DNA from: an uncultured delta proteobacterium
GTDB lineage: Bacteria > Desulfobacterota > Syntrophia > Syntrophales > UBA2185
Assembly (NCBI GenBank): GCA_963729715.1
Contig: CAVSPA010000003.1
Coordinates: 32,001-96,000 of the forward strand
Reading direction: 5' to 3'
DNA length: 64,000 nt
A program made the translations under genes and the position numbers. Under the pieces are notes generated by a model. It worked only from the letters and a program-made list of their open reading frames with translations. It was not told the DNA's origin and ran no database searches. How positions within the stretch are numbered: the first letter of the stretch is position 1; each line of letters opens with the position of its first letter. This document shows, one piece after another, positions 28,815-39,091 of this stretch.

Positions 28815-30677
28815 TCAGGCAGAAAATGATTCTTGTACCATTTCGAGTGGCGTCTTATCGGCCAGTACAATGCATTTGCATCTTGCCCCTACTGCAGGAA
28901 GAACATTGGCGGCAAAATACTTTGCCGAAGCAACCTTCCCCAGGTAAAATGCGGCTTCTGAACTGTTCCGGGCCGGATTGTGGGCCGTTTCATCATCCGT
29001 CCCCGCCTCTTTATACAGAGCGTCCAGCTTCTCCTGTGCAATACCTGCAGCCTGCAATAGCTTCCATCCAATTACAAGATCTCCCATTATCATCAGGAAA
29101 GGCCGAGCATTCAATATGGGAAGGATATAATTAGGACCTTTTCCCCACTCGGCGAACGACTTCGTGAGGCTACCTACTGCTGTGAGGACTTCTTCAAGAT
29201 GACTGGCATATGGCTCCAGTTCATCGCGTGATTTAATTTTTTGGATTGTGCCAGTAATTTCCCTGAAGAGATTGATTAAATTGCGCCCTTTATTCTGTCC
29301 CAGCTTTCTGCCTACGAGGTCGAGAGATTGGATATAGTTAGTCCCCTCGTAGATGGTGGCGATCTTGGAATCCCTCAGATACTGCTCCATGGGATATTCG
29401 CTGCAATAGCCGTAGCCGCCGAATATATCTATGCCAAACGTGCATACCTCTACAGCTTTGTCAGAGCAGTAAGCCTTGCTGATAGGGGTTAGGAGCTCAA
29501 CGAATCCATTCATTTTCTCCCGCTCCTCTTCGCTTGCCGCAATGCGCTCCATATCGATGCAATATGCGATAAAATAGTTCAATGCCCGCATGCCCTCAAC
29601 ATGTGCCTTCATCCAAAGCAGGGAGCGCCTGATATCCGGATGATCGATAATGGCGATAGCCGGCGCCGCCGGATTATTCCAATCCTCAATTCTTCTGGAT
29701 TGAACCCTTTCTTTGGCATATTGCACCGCATGTTCATAGCTGACGCTTGCCAAATCCAGCCCCTGCATACCTGTGCTGAGCCTGGCTCTATTCACCAATC
29801 GGAACATGACCTTCATACCTTCACGCTCATTCCCTAAAAGCTCACCGATGCAATTTCCGTTTTCACCGAAATTCAGTGTCGCGGTTGCGGAACCCTTGAT
29901 TCCCATCTTGTGTTCGATGTTGCCGGTAATCACATCATTAAAGTTTCCGAGGCTCCCGTCACTATTCACCCTGTACTTGGGCACGATGAAGATGGAGATG
30001 CCCTTTGTGCCCGGAGGATCGCCTTCGATTCTCGCGAGCACGGGATGGACGATCTGTTTGGTCAGATCGTGGTCTCCTGAGGAGATAAAGCACTTTGTGC
30101 CGGTGATGCTGAAAGTGCCGTCGGGCAGTCGTCTGGCGCTCGTCCTTAAATTGCCCACGTCGGTACCCGCACCGGGCTCGGTCAGGCACATGGTGCCGGA
30201 CCACTCGCCTGAGAACATCCTAGCGGCATATTTTCTGATTTGCTCCTCCTTTCCAAATGTCCCAATCAATGTGGCAGCGCCCGCGGTAAGGCCGGGATAC
30301 ATCAAAAAGGCGTAATTTGCGGCGCCGAAAAGTTCAGAGCAGGCGACGCCAATCGAAATCGGCAATCCCTGCCCGCCCAGCTCAGGAGGGGCAATAGAAG
30401 AGATCCAGCCGGACTCGCAGTACTTCCTGTAGGGCTCATGATAACATCTTGGAGCGTAGGTCTTGCCGTCTTTAAAAACAGCGGGCTCCTGCTTGTCTCC
30501 CATCTCGTAGGTCGGAAGGATCTCTTCCACCGCAAACTTCTCGGCCTCTCCAAGTATCATATCCGCTACCTCGCGGGAGAATTCTTTATACCTATCCGAA
30601 GCAAACAGCCTTTCAATTCCGTTCTGCTCATAGAGGACGAACTTCTGATCTCTTGTGTTCACCAGACCATTTCCCAT
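28815..30677 (-). CDS. Acyl-CoA dehydrogenase (long, ~600-aa type)
   Basis: MCLTEPGAGTD, GTKCFISSG, EHKMGIKGS, FGGYGY, IYEGTN. Confidence 0.95.
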   Translation of the reverse strand: MGNGLVNTRDQKFVLYEQNGIERLFASDRYKEFSREVADMILGEAEKFAVEEILPTYEMGDKQEPAVFKDGKTYAPRCYHEPYRKYCESGWISSIAPPELGGQGLPISIGVACSELFGAANYAFLMYPGLTAGAATLIGTFGKEEQIRKYAARMFSGEWSGTMCLTEPGAGTDVGNLRTSARRLPDGTFSITGTKCFISSGDHDLTKQIVHPVLARIEGDPPGTKGISIFIVPKYRVNSDGSLGNFNDVITGNIEHKMGIKGSATATLNFGENGNCIGELLGNEREGMKVMFRLVNRARLSTGMQGLDLASVSYEHAVQYAKERVQSRRIEDWNNPAAPAIAIIDHPDIRRSLLWMKAHVEGMRALNYFIAYCIDMERIAASEEEREKMNGFVELLTPISKAYCSDKAVEVCTFGIDIFGGYGYCSEYPMEQYLRDSKIATIYEGTNYIQSLDLVGRKLGQNKGRNLINLFREITGTIQKIKSRDELEPYASHLEEVLTAVGSLTKSFAEWGKGPNYILPILNARPFLMIMGDLVIGWKLLQAAGIAQEKLDALYKEAGTDDETAHNPARNSSEAAFYLGKVASAKYFAANVLPAVGARCKCIVLADKTPLEMVQESFSA

Positions 30678-32451
30678 ATATCATTCCTTTCAGGGTTGTA
30701 GTTGATTCAGCGCTTTTATGTTTTGTCTGTTCCGTTTGCGTCAATTCCTTCCGTAACTCCTTCTTCAATACTTTCCCAACTCTGCTGATCGGGAATTCAT
30801 TCTTAAAAATGATCTGCCGGATTTTCTTATACGGTGCAACGTTCCGGGCGCAGTAGTCGAGTAATTCCTCGGCCGTAGTTCCCCCTCCCTCTCTTAAAAC
30901 AACGAAAGCAACCGGTATCTCACCTGCTTCCGTATCCGGTCGGCCTACTACTGCACATTGCTGGACAGCCGGGTGCCTGGCCATAATTTCTTCCAAATCC
31001 CTTGCGTAAACATTATATCCCTTGTAGATAAACATGTCCTTTTTCCGGTCGACAATGTAAACATACCCATCTTTATCTTCCCGCGCAATGTCACCTGTAT
31101 ACAGCCATCCATGACGCAACACCATTTTCGTCTCCTCAGGCTTTTTCCAGTACCCTTGCATCACTTGAGGCCCCTTGATGCATAGCTCTCCAGCCTCCCC
31201 CTGTGGCAATTCTTTCGTTCCCGTGTCGAGGTCAACAATTTTGATTTCCACGTCGGCAAGGGGTAAACCGATTGATCCAGCTTTCACACCTTCCCGGCTC
31301 GGTGGATTATAGTTGCTGCCCATAGTGCATTCTGTCAGACCATAGGTCTCCATGACAACGCCCGGGAATATTTTAAGCATCTGTTTTATAACCGGAATGG
31401 GAAGCGGCGCGGCGCCGGATGTAACAAGCCGGATGGAAGAAAGATCATATTTTTTAAGATCAGGATGACTTACCAAAGGGATAAAAAGCTGAGGGGCTCC
31501 ACCAATGCTGGTTGCTTCATATTTCTCGATAGCCTGAAGATACTGGGCTGGGTCGAAGCGTGGAAAGACTACCATAGTATCTCCCCCATAAATTCGCAAG
31601 TTCAGGTAGCCGATCGTCCCCATCGCATGAGACCAGGGGACCACAATCAGGGCTCTTTCCTTTCCAAAGCGGGTTGGATGCTCCTCTTCTTGGTCACCCT
31701 TCATGCGCACGACTCCCAGGATTCCGTCTTTATAGGTAACATCGCCGCCCCTGATCCACTGAGAGCTTTGGAGTACATTCGCCACAACGTTAAAATGAGT
31801 AAGCATCACCCCTTTGGAGATCCCAGTAGTGCCGCCGGTATAAGCGAGGTGAGCCAAATCCTTCTTTGGCTCAATCTTCACCTCCGGAGGTTTTGGTTCA
31901 TGGGACTTAATCAAGGTATTGAAATCGAATGTGCCTGGAATTTCTTTCTTTACGAGTGGAGGTCGAATGGCTGTTAGCAGGGGCGGAAAAACATCGGGGA
32001 TAGAAGCGACTATAACATTCTTGATCTTAGTCTTGGGGACGACTTTCTCAACTGTGGGATAAAAAGCATCCAGGGTAATGATTGTTTCTGCTTCAGCATC
32101 ATTGAGTTGATGTTCCAGCTCCTTTTCCACCACCAACGGGCTGCAGGGGGTAAAAATCGCTCCATTCATAAGAATAGCGTAATAGGCAATGGCAAATTGA
32201 GGGCAATTGGGAAGGTGAATAGCCACCCGATCGCCCTTCTTGATTCCCAGGCCGGCCAGGGCTGCAGCAAATCGTTCACAAAGGGTCAGCAGATCGCTGT
32301 AAGTGATTTCCATCGCATCAAAGATGATAGCGATGCGAAAAGGACACTTGGCTGCGGTAGAACGCAGAATTTGGAAGACAGGAATGTCAGGGTAATTTAA
32401 TGAACGAGCTACAAACTTTAGCCAACATTTGTATTCTTTCATAGCGCACAT
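30628..32451 (-). CDS. fadD: Long-chain fatty-acid--CoA ligase
   Basis: YTGGTTGISKG, YGLTE, TGD, DRKKD, GKVLKK. Confidence 0.9.
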   Translation of the reverse strand: MCAMKEYKCWLKFVARSLNYPDIPVFQILRSTAAKCPFRIAIIFDAMEITYSDLLTLCERFAAALAGLGIKKGDRVAIHLPNCPQFAIAYYAILMNGAIFTPCSPLVVEKELEHQLNDAEAETIITLDAFYPTVEKVVPKTKIKNVIVASIPDVFPPLLTAIRPPLVKKEIPGTFDFNTLIKSHEPKPPEVKIEPKKDLAHLAYTGGTTGISKGVMLTHFNVVANVLQSSQWIRGGDVTYKDGILGVVRMKGDQEEEHPTRFGKERALIVVPWSHAMGTIGYLNLRIYGGDTMVVFPRFDPAQYLQAIEKYEATSIGGAPQLFIPLVSHPDLKKYDLSSIRLVTSGAAPLPIPVIKQMLKIFPGVVMETYGLTECTMGSNYNPPSREGVKAGSIGLPLADVEIKIVDLDTGTKELPQGEAGELCIKGPQVMQGYWKKPEETKMVLRHGWLYTGDIAREDKDGYVYIVDRKKDMFIYKGYNVYARDLEEIMARHPAVQQCAVVGRPDTEAGEIPVAFVVLREGGGTTAEELLDYCARNVAPYKKIRQIIFKNEFPISRVGKVLKKELRKELTQTEQTKHKSAESTTTLKGMIYGKWSGEHKRSEVRPL

Positions 32452-32458
32452 CCTTTTG

Positions 32459-33448
32459 TCACCATGCTTTTTTTCGGAACTCCATGATTAACGCCGGGAT
32501 AAAAGTATTGATGTCTTCAACAACACCGAAATCCGCGTGTTGAAAAAATGCCGCAGCGGGGTCACGGTTGATGGCGACTATTGTTTGCGAGTCCTTCATG
32601 CCGGCAATGTGCTGCATAGCGCCGGATATCCCGCAGGCAATATATAATTTAGGTGCAACCGTTTTTCCGGTAAGCCCGATCTGCAAGCTTTGCGCAATCC
32701 AGCCCTGATCACAGGCCGCCCGCGAACCGGCTATTGCCGATTTCGGAAAAAACTGGGCAAGCTCATTTAAAAGTTCAACATTCTCAATTTTTTCTATTCC
32801 TTTGCCAGCGGCAATGATCGTTTCGGCATCCCGCAGATTTGTGTTCTGTTCCTCAGCGGTTATAGTACCGACGGATCTTGTCGCCTTTAGCATCACTTGT
32901 GTATTGCGTATGGTCACAGCCCCGTTTCTTTCCGCTACCCTTCCGTCGTACCGGAAAGCTCCCGGGAGTAGTGTTATCACTGTCACAGGCCTTGAAGACT
33001 CCATCGTTAGTGCCATCTTTCCGTGGAACCCTTGACGGCAGAAGCCTATCTTGCCGTCATAAAAATCAAGCTCCGCCACTCCGGAAATACAGGCGGCATT
33101 TAATTTCACGGCAACCTGCGGCGCGTAATCATAACCGCGCGGCGAATGAGGGATGATTAACAAATCTGGCCTGAGTTCGCAAGCGAGCTCATATAATACT
33201 GATATGTAGGCCTCTGCAGTATATCTTTCGAGACTATCTCCTGTTACGGCAATGGCGTCAATCCCGGTCTCTGCAGCCAGCCATCCGGCCTGAGGCAAAA
33301 CGTCTTTCCCCAGCACGGACACTACAACTTGCGCTTGGATTTGCCTTTCAATCTCTTTTGCGCAGGCAATCATCTCCCACGTGAGGGGCATTATTTTGTC
33401 AGGGCTGTGTTCTGCGGCAATCAAGATTCTGGTTCTCATAGTTTCCAT
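32459..33448 (-). CDS. etfA: Electron transfer flavoprotein alpha subunit
   Basis: QIGLTGKTVAPKLYIACGISGAMQHIAGM, AINRD. Confidence 0.95.
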   Translation of the reverse strand: METMRTRILIAAEHSPDKIMPLTWEMIACAKEIERQIQAQVVVSVLGKDVLPQAGWLAAETGIDAIAVTGDSLERYTAEAYISVLYELACELRPDLLIIPHSPRGYDYAPQVAVKLNAACISGVAELDFYDGKIGFCRQGFHGKMALTMESSRPVTVITLLPGAFRYDGRVAERNGAVTIRNTQVMLKATRSVGTITAEEQNTNLRDAETIIAAGKGIEKIENVELLNELAQFFPKSAIAGSRAACDQGWIAQSLQIGLTGKTVAPKLYIACGISGAMQHIAGMKDSQTIVAINRDPAAAFFQHADFGVVEDINTFIPALIMEFRKKAW

Positions 33449-33457
33449 TCCGGAGAT

Positions 33458-34237
33458 TTATATTAAAAGAGATTTACCACGCAAAATTTCCCCGAGCTTG
33501 GCCGCCTTTTGTTCAACTGTCCCGTCTAGAAAAATGCATTTGCGCGCGGCGGCAATGCCTGTAATGTTTCTGATCTTTTCATACCCGTAATTAGGGCCAA
33601 GTTCATCCGCAGCAACTGTCGTAATATCCTGCTGACGCGCCCGCAGGACATGAGACAGGGCAGGATAGCGGGGCGTATTGATGCCGGATTGTATCGTCAG
33701 CAATGCCGGCAGGTTTAAGATCACCGCTTCCCTCTCGGTCGCATCTATTTCCCGTTCCACATATATTGCATTTTCCTCTTCCTTCAATAGCTCCAGTATC
33801 ACTGATGAAGCTGCCGGAATGTCCAGCAACCCGGCAACCATTTGCCCGGTCTGGCCGTGCATATCGTCCTCAGACATGGCGCCGGTTAAGATAAGGTCAT
33901 ACGCATTTTTGGCGGCAAAGCCGGCGATTAGGCCGGCCGTTGTCCAGGGGCTAAGATAACCTTCCTGTTCAAGCAGAATATGAAAACCGTTATCGGCTCC
34001 GATCTCCATCGCCCTTTGTACAATATTGCGCACCCGCTGGGCTCCCACGGATACAACATCAACTACGGACAGATTAATTGTTTCCTTGATTCTTAGAGAT
34101 TCTTCCAGCGCAAATTCATCGAAGCGATTCATTCTGTACACGGTGTCTTTATCATACCGCAGCGATTTATTATCTGCCGCAACCGAAAATCTCGCTTCCA
34201 CATCCGCGACCTGTTTCACACAAACCAATATTTTCAT
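33458..34237 (-). CDS. etfB: Electron transfer flavoprotein beta subunit
   Basis: MKILVCVKQV, NRFDEFALEE, INTPRY. Confidence 0.95.
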   Translation of the reverse strand: MKILVCVKQVADVEARFSVAADNKSLRYDKDTVYRMNRFDEFALEESLRIKETINLSVVDVVSVGAQRVRNIVQRAMEIGADNGFHILLEQEGYLSPWTTAGLIAGFAAKNAYDLILTGAMSEDDMHGQTGQMVAGLLDIPAASSVILELLKEEENAIYVEREIDATEREAVILNLPALLTIQSGINTPRYPALSHVLRARQQDITTVAADELGPNYGYEKIRNITGIAAARKCIFLDGTVEQKAAKLGEILRGKSLLI

Positions 34238-34290
34238 GACGTCACCGGCAAGAAGTATATTACATGGTTGATTTCAATTCAATCTAATTT

Positions 34291-34310
34291 TAGAGCGAAC
34301 GTTCGTTTTA
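34291..34310. promoter_or_regulatory. Palindromic operator, probably for the local TetR regulator, between divergent operons
   Basis: TAgAgCGAACGTTCGtTtTA with a perfect CGAACGTTCG core. Confidence 0.55.
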
Positions 34311-34371
34311 TTTGTTTATTGACAGCATCACCTTGTCCGTGCTATCGATAAGACACAAGCGGGGCAAATAC

Positions 34372-35082
34372 ATGAGTGATCTATATTTTATTCGCCACGG
34401 CCAGGCATCTTTCGGCAAAGATGTATACGACAAAATATCGGACACCGGCGATATTCAGTCCGGCCTGCTGGCGCAATATCTCTATGATTCGGGCATTATT
34501 TTCGATGGCGTCTATTCCGGCACACTGGAGCGCCACAAGCACACAGCAAACCATCTTATAAGTTATTATGCGGAAAAGAAATCACTCCCGCTGCAATTGA
34601 ACCTCATGGAAGGGCTCAACGAATACAACTCCAAAGAAATCATCAAACGTTATCTGCCTGTGGTTCTTAAGGAAGAGCCTTCTTTATCTTCACATCTGGA
34701 AAATATTTACATGGACAAAAAAGCTTTTCAAAAAATATTCGATGCCATCATGCTGAGAATGGTGTCGGGCCGCTATCACTTCCCGGATCTGGAAACATGG
34801 CTGGTTTTTTCCGGAAGAGTGATAGCAGCCGTGAAACAAATTATGGCCGATAACGGCAGGAGTAAGAAGATCATTATTTTTACTTCCGGCGGGCCGATAT
34901 CCGCGGTAATTCAGCTGGCCCTCGGCACTTCCGATGAAGCAACAATTAGACTGGGCTGGCATTTGGCTAACACATCCATCACCATATTCAAATACGATGA
35001 TAGGAGAATTGCCCTGCACTCTTTTAACAACTATCCCCATCTGGAAAATGTCCGGCAAAGCGGCCTGATAACATTCAGATGA
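34372..35082 (+). CDS. Histidine phosphatase family protein
   Basis: IRHGQASFG, LNEY, FTSGGPI. Confidence 0.9.
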   Translation: MSDLYFIRHGQASFGKDVYDKISDTGDIQSGLLAQYLYDSGIIFDGVYSGTLERHKHTANHLISYYAEKKSLPLQLNLMEGLNEYNSKEIIKRYLPVVLKEEPSLSSHLENIYMDKKAFQKIFDAIMLRMVSGRYHFPDLETWLVFSGRVIAAVKQIMADNGRSKKIIIFTSGGPISAVIQLALGTSDEATIRLGWHLANTSITIFKYDDRRIALHSFNNYPHLENVRQSGLITFR

Positions 35083-35100
35083 TTTTTTTAGGAGGCATTT

Positions 35101-36309
35101 ATGGATTTTGCAATATCGGACAAAATGAAAGCGATCATCGGAATGATAGACGAATTTGTCTCCAAGGAACTAATTCCGCTTGAGCCGGAATTTTTAACCA
35201 AGGATTTCAAAGCCATGCTGCCTGTCCTTGCTGAAAAACGCAAAATCGTCAAGCAAATGGAGCTCTGGGCGCCGAATCACCCGAAAGAATACGGCGGCAT
35301 GGGGCTTGATCTTGTGGAGCACGGCCTGGTGTCCGAGGCTCTGGGTCGAAGCTCGCTCGGACATTATGTGTTCAACTGCCAGGCGCCGGATGCGGGCAAT
35401 ATTGAAATACTGCACAAATACGGGAGCAAGGAGCAGAAAGAAAAATACCTTAGGCCGCTTATTGAAGGCAAAATCAGAAGCTGTTTTTCTATGACGGAAG
35501 TGGAAGTGCCCGGCTCCAATCCGGTGATGATGGATACGACGGCCGTGAAGCAGGGGGGTGAATATGTGATCAACGGCCAGAAGTGGTACTCCACGGCGGC
35601 CGACGGCGCCGAATTCTCCATTGTTATGGCCATTACCAATCCCGAGGCCAATCCCTATCTGCGCGCCAGCATGATCATTGTTCCTGTTAATTCACCCGGC
35701 TTCAATCTTGTCCGCAATATATCCGTCATGGGGCATGCCGGCAGCGATTATTTCAGTCATGCCGAGATTTTGTTCCAATCATGCCGGGTACCTGTGGGGA
35801 ACCTGCTCGGGCCGGAGGGGCATGGTTTTGTAATCGCGCAAGAGCGGCTCGGGCCCGGCCGAATTCACCACTGCATGAGATGGATCGGGGTTTGCAATAG
35901 AGCTATGGAGCTGATGTGCCGGAGAGCTTCCGAAAGAATAATCTCCCCCGATAAAAAAACGCTGAGCTCTAAACAGATAATCCAGTCCTGGATTGCCGAA
36001 TCCGCTGCTGAAATACAGGCTGCCAGGCTGATGACGCTGCATGCCGCCTGGAAAATTGAAAAACTCGGACAGAAAGATGCGCGCGTCGATATTTCACTCA
36101 TCAAATTTTTTGTTGCCGGCGTCATGCAAAGGGTTGTGGACAGAGCGCTGCAGGTGCACGGGGGCCTCGGCATGACTGATGATACCATCCTGGCTTTCTT
36201 CTATAGGCATGAACGTGCGGCAAGAATTTATGACGGCGCCGATGAAGTACATAAAATCAACGCCGCTAAAATCATTCTGAAAAACTTTGCCGGCAACAAA
36301 GCCAAATAG
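35101..36309 (+). CDS. Acyl-CoA dehydrogenase, ACAD10/11 or LvaC type
   Basis: FNCQAPDAGNIE, AQERLGPGRIHHCMR, RIYDGADEVH. Confidence 0.92.
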   Translation: MDFAISDKMKAIIGMIDEFVSKELIPLEPEFLTKDFKAMLPVLAEKRKIVKQMELWAPNHPKEYGGMGLDLVEHGLVSEALGRSSLGHYVFNCQAPDAGNIEILHKYGSKEQKEKYLRPLIEGKIRSCFSMTEVEVPGSNPVMMDTTAVKQGGEYVINGQKWYSTAADGAEFSIVMAITNPEANPYLRASMIIVPVNSPGFNLVRNISVMGHAGSDYFSHAEILFQSCRVPVGNLLGPEGHGFVIAQERLGPGRIHHCMRWIGVCNRAMELMCRRASERIISPDKKTLSSKQIIQSWIAESAAEIQAARLMTLHAAWKIEKLGQKDARVDISLIKFFVAGVMQRVVDRALQVHGGLGMTDDTILAFFYRHERAARIYDGADEVHKINAAKIILKNFAGNKAK

Positions 36310-36317
36310 GATTCACA

Positions 36318-37013
36318 ATGACCTTCGATGAATTCAGAAAAATAGTGAGCATTTCCAAAAAAGAGATTTCCCGGCAGATATGGGAAACCAACCGCGCTGC
36401 CATAAAAGTAAAAAAGGAAGAGAAGGTCATCGAAAACCTGATTAAAATATTTGACGCCGCTTTGGAAATCAGCAACGCAAAGGGTTTTCAGGCGATGAGC
36501 ATGCGCGATTTGAGCGCCAAATGCGGCTTAAGCATGGGAGCTATTTATTCTTATTGTTCCAGCAAAGATGAATTGCTCCACCTTCTCCAGATGCAGGGTC
36601 GGCAAATAGCCAATAAGATCTTGAATGATCAGATTAGTTTGGTGAAAGGGCCTACCCAAAAGCTCAGAATCGCCATCCAGACGCACGTCTATTTGAGTGA
36701 AATAATGCAACGGTGGTTTTACTTTAGCTACATCGAGGCGAGAAATCTGGCCAAAGATGAGCGAAAGAGAGCAATTGAAAGCGAATTGTATACGGAAAAG
36801 ATATTCATCGATATCCTGACCGAGGGGGCAAAGCTGGGCGTCTTCAAAATAAGCAATATTATCCTGACAGCATCATTAATCAAGGCAATGCTTCAGGATT
36901 GGTATCTCAAACGCTGGAAATACCAAAAGAGAAAAATCAACGTGGATGATTATGCAGAGCTTATCGTTGGCATTATCGAATCTTATTTATCCGGAAAAGT
37001 TAAAGGAGTTTGA
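36318..37013 (+). CDS. TetR family transcriptional regulator
   Basis: GFQAMSMRDLSAKCGLSMGAIYSY..SKDELL helix-turn-helix. Confidence 0.9.
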   Translation: MTFDEFRKIVSISKKEISRQIWETNRAAIKVKKEEKVIENLIKIFDAALEISNAKGFQAMSMRDLSAKCGLSMGAIYSYCSSKDELLHLLQMQGRQIANKILNDQISLVKGPTQKLRIAIQTHVYLSEIMQRWFYFSYIEARNLAKDERKRAIESELYTEKIFIDILTEGAKLGVFKISNIILTASLIKAMLQDWYLKRWKYQKRKINVDDYAELIVGIIESYLSGKVKGV

Positions 37014-38086
37014 GCATGCAGGATTTAACGGATAAAGCAACAGCGGTAAGAGTAGGCGAAGAGTTGGATTCCCAAAAAGTTTTCAAATATTTAAAGGACA
37101 ATATTCCGCAACTGGAAGAGGATCTGGAAATAAACCAATTCCCGAGCGGATTTTCCAACCTGACTTACTGTATCAAATCCGGGACAAAGGAGTTTGTTCT
37201 ACGTCGCCCGCCTTTCGGAAAGAAAGCCAAAAGCGCCCATGACATGGGCAGAGAATATAGGATGCTGCAAGCGCTCAAACCTGTTTTTCAGTATTGTCCG
37301 ACTCCCATTGCCTATACTGAAGATGAATCAATTATCGGTTGCCCTTTTTACATTATGGAGAGAATTTCCGGTATAATACTGCACAAAAATCTTCCCGCGC
37401 AACTGAAGTTTTCCGCCGCTGATGCCCGGAATCTGTGCGTGGAGCTGCTGGATGTGCAGATAAAGCTCCATGCCATTGATTATAAAGGAATCGGACTGGA
37501 ATCTCTGGGAAAACCGGAAGGCTACGTGGAAAGGCAGACGGCCGGATGGAGTTCACGCTACCGTGATGCGCGCACACCTGACGCGCCTGATTACGAGCGG
37601 GTTATGGCCTGGCTTAAAGATAAAATACCAGCTGCGCCGGTTAAACCGGCTATCATTCATAATGATTATAAATTTGATAATGTGGTGCTCGACGCGGCCA
37701 ATCCGCTGAAAATCATCGGCGTACTGGACTGGGAAATGGCGACAATCGGAGACCCCCTTATGGATCTGGGCAATTCCTTGGCGTATTGGGTGGAAAGCAC
37801 AGATCCGGAGGCCATGCAGCTGATCAGATTGATGCCAACCAACATCGAAGGCGCTCTTACCAGAAAAGAAATTGCCGAGCTTTATGCAGCCCGCACCGGC
37901 ACATCTATTGCCAAATTTGATTTTTATTATTGCTTCGGACTGTTTCGGCTTTCTGTAATTGCCCAGCAGATATATTACAGATCTTATCATGGCCAGACAA
38001 AGGATGAACGTTTTAAAACGCTGATATTCGCGGTTAAAGCGCTGGAAGAAACTGCGACTAAAGTAATGGATCAATCTAAACTATAA
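37010..38086 (+). CDS. APH-family phosphotransferase (ACAD10/11 kinase-domain or LvaA-like)
   Basis: GFSNLTY, VLRRPP, SAHDMGRE, HNDYKFDN, VLDWEMATIGDPL. Confidence 0.9.
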   Translation: MSMQDLTDKATAVRVGEELDSQKVFKYLKDNIPQLEEDLEINQFPSGFSNLTYCIKSGTKEFVLRRPPFGKKAKSAHDMGREYRMLQALKPVFQYCPTPIAYTEDESIIGCPFYIMERISGIILHKNLPAQLKFSAADARNLCVELLDVQIKLHAIDYKGIGLESLGKPEGYVERQTAGWSSRYRDARTPDAPDYERVMAWLKDKIPAAPVKPAIIHNDYKFDNVVLDAANPLKIIGVLDWEMATIGDPLMDLGNSLAYWVESTDPEAMQLIRLMPTNIEGALTRKEIAELYAARTGTSIAKFDFYYCFGLFRLSVIAQQIYYRSYHGQTKDERFKTLIFAVKALEETATKVMDQSKL

Positions 38087-38124
38087 AGAATTTACTTAAT
38101 ATTGCCATAGACAGGAGAAAAAAT

Positions 38125-38889
38125 ATGTCTAAATTGGAATTGAATTTTCAGGGCAAAGCGGCATTGATAATCGGGGCCAGCCGGGGAATTGGCGAGGCCA
38201 TTGCCCGCGCTCTGGCAGCCAACGGCGCGGAAGTGATCCTCGTCAGCCGTAAACTGGAAAATTTAAAATATATTGCCGATGATATCGCCAAAGCGGGCGG
38301 CAAAGCGACAGCGCTGTCCTGCCATATCGGCGAAATGGCGCAGATTAAACATTTGTTCGCAGAGATTAAAAAGAAATGTGATCGTCTGGATATTTTAATC
38401 AACAACGCGGGGACAAATCCTTTTTTCGGCGACGTGCTCAGCGCTGATGAGCAAGCGTGGGATAAAACATTTAATGTCAATCTCAAGGGGTTCTTTTTTA
38501 TCAGCCAGTTTGCGGCAAAAATGATGAAGGAAAAAGGCGGCGGAGCGATTGTCAATGTAGCATCGGTCAATGCTGTCCGGCCCGCCCCTTTTCAGGGAAT
38601 ATATTCGATTACCAAAGCCGGTATTGTTGCAATGACAAAATCTTTTGCCAAAGAACTTGCCCCCTTTAATATCCGCGTTAACGCTTTGTTGCCGGGTCTG
38701 ACCGATACAAAATTTGCCGCATTCCTGACCCAGAGCCATGAAATCATGGAGACAGTCCTGCCGAGAATCCCGATGGGCAGAATAGCAAAACCGGAAGAAA
38801 TGGCCGGAGCCGTATTGTATTTGGTTTCGGATGCGGCCTCTTATACTACAGGCGCCTGCATTAACGTTGACGGCGGCATGCTTGCTTAG
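38125..38889 (+). CDS. Short-chain dehydrogenase/reductase
   Basis: GASRGIG, NNAG, YSITK, VDGG. Confidence 0.95.
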   Translation: MSKLELNFQGKAALIIGASRGIGEAIARALAANGAEVILVSRKLENLKYIADDIAKAGGKATALSCHIGEMAQIKHLFAEIKKKCDRLDILINNAGTNPFFGDVLSADEQAWDKTFNVNLKGFFFISQFAAKMMKEKGGGAIVNVASVNAVRPAPFQGIYSITKAGIVAMTKSFAKELAPFNIRVNALLPGLTDTKFAAFLTQSHEIMETVLPRIPMGRIAKPEEMAGAVLYLVSDAASYTTGACINVDGGMLA

Positions 38890-39091
38890 AGGATAATAAT
38901 AATTTTGTTATAAAACATTGCTTCCTGACAGACGAAATATAGGAAAATTCCATTTGTGCCTCAATGTAATCAATAACAAGCGGGTTCAAAGATTACGATT
39001 GAAATTTTGCATCAAGAATGGAAATTGAAGCTCTCCGCAACCTAACCGTCTCTTGTCTTATCCCGTCATCTGTCCGCTTTCCTTTGAAACG

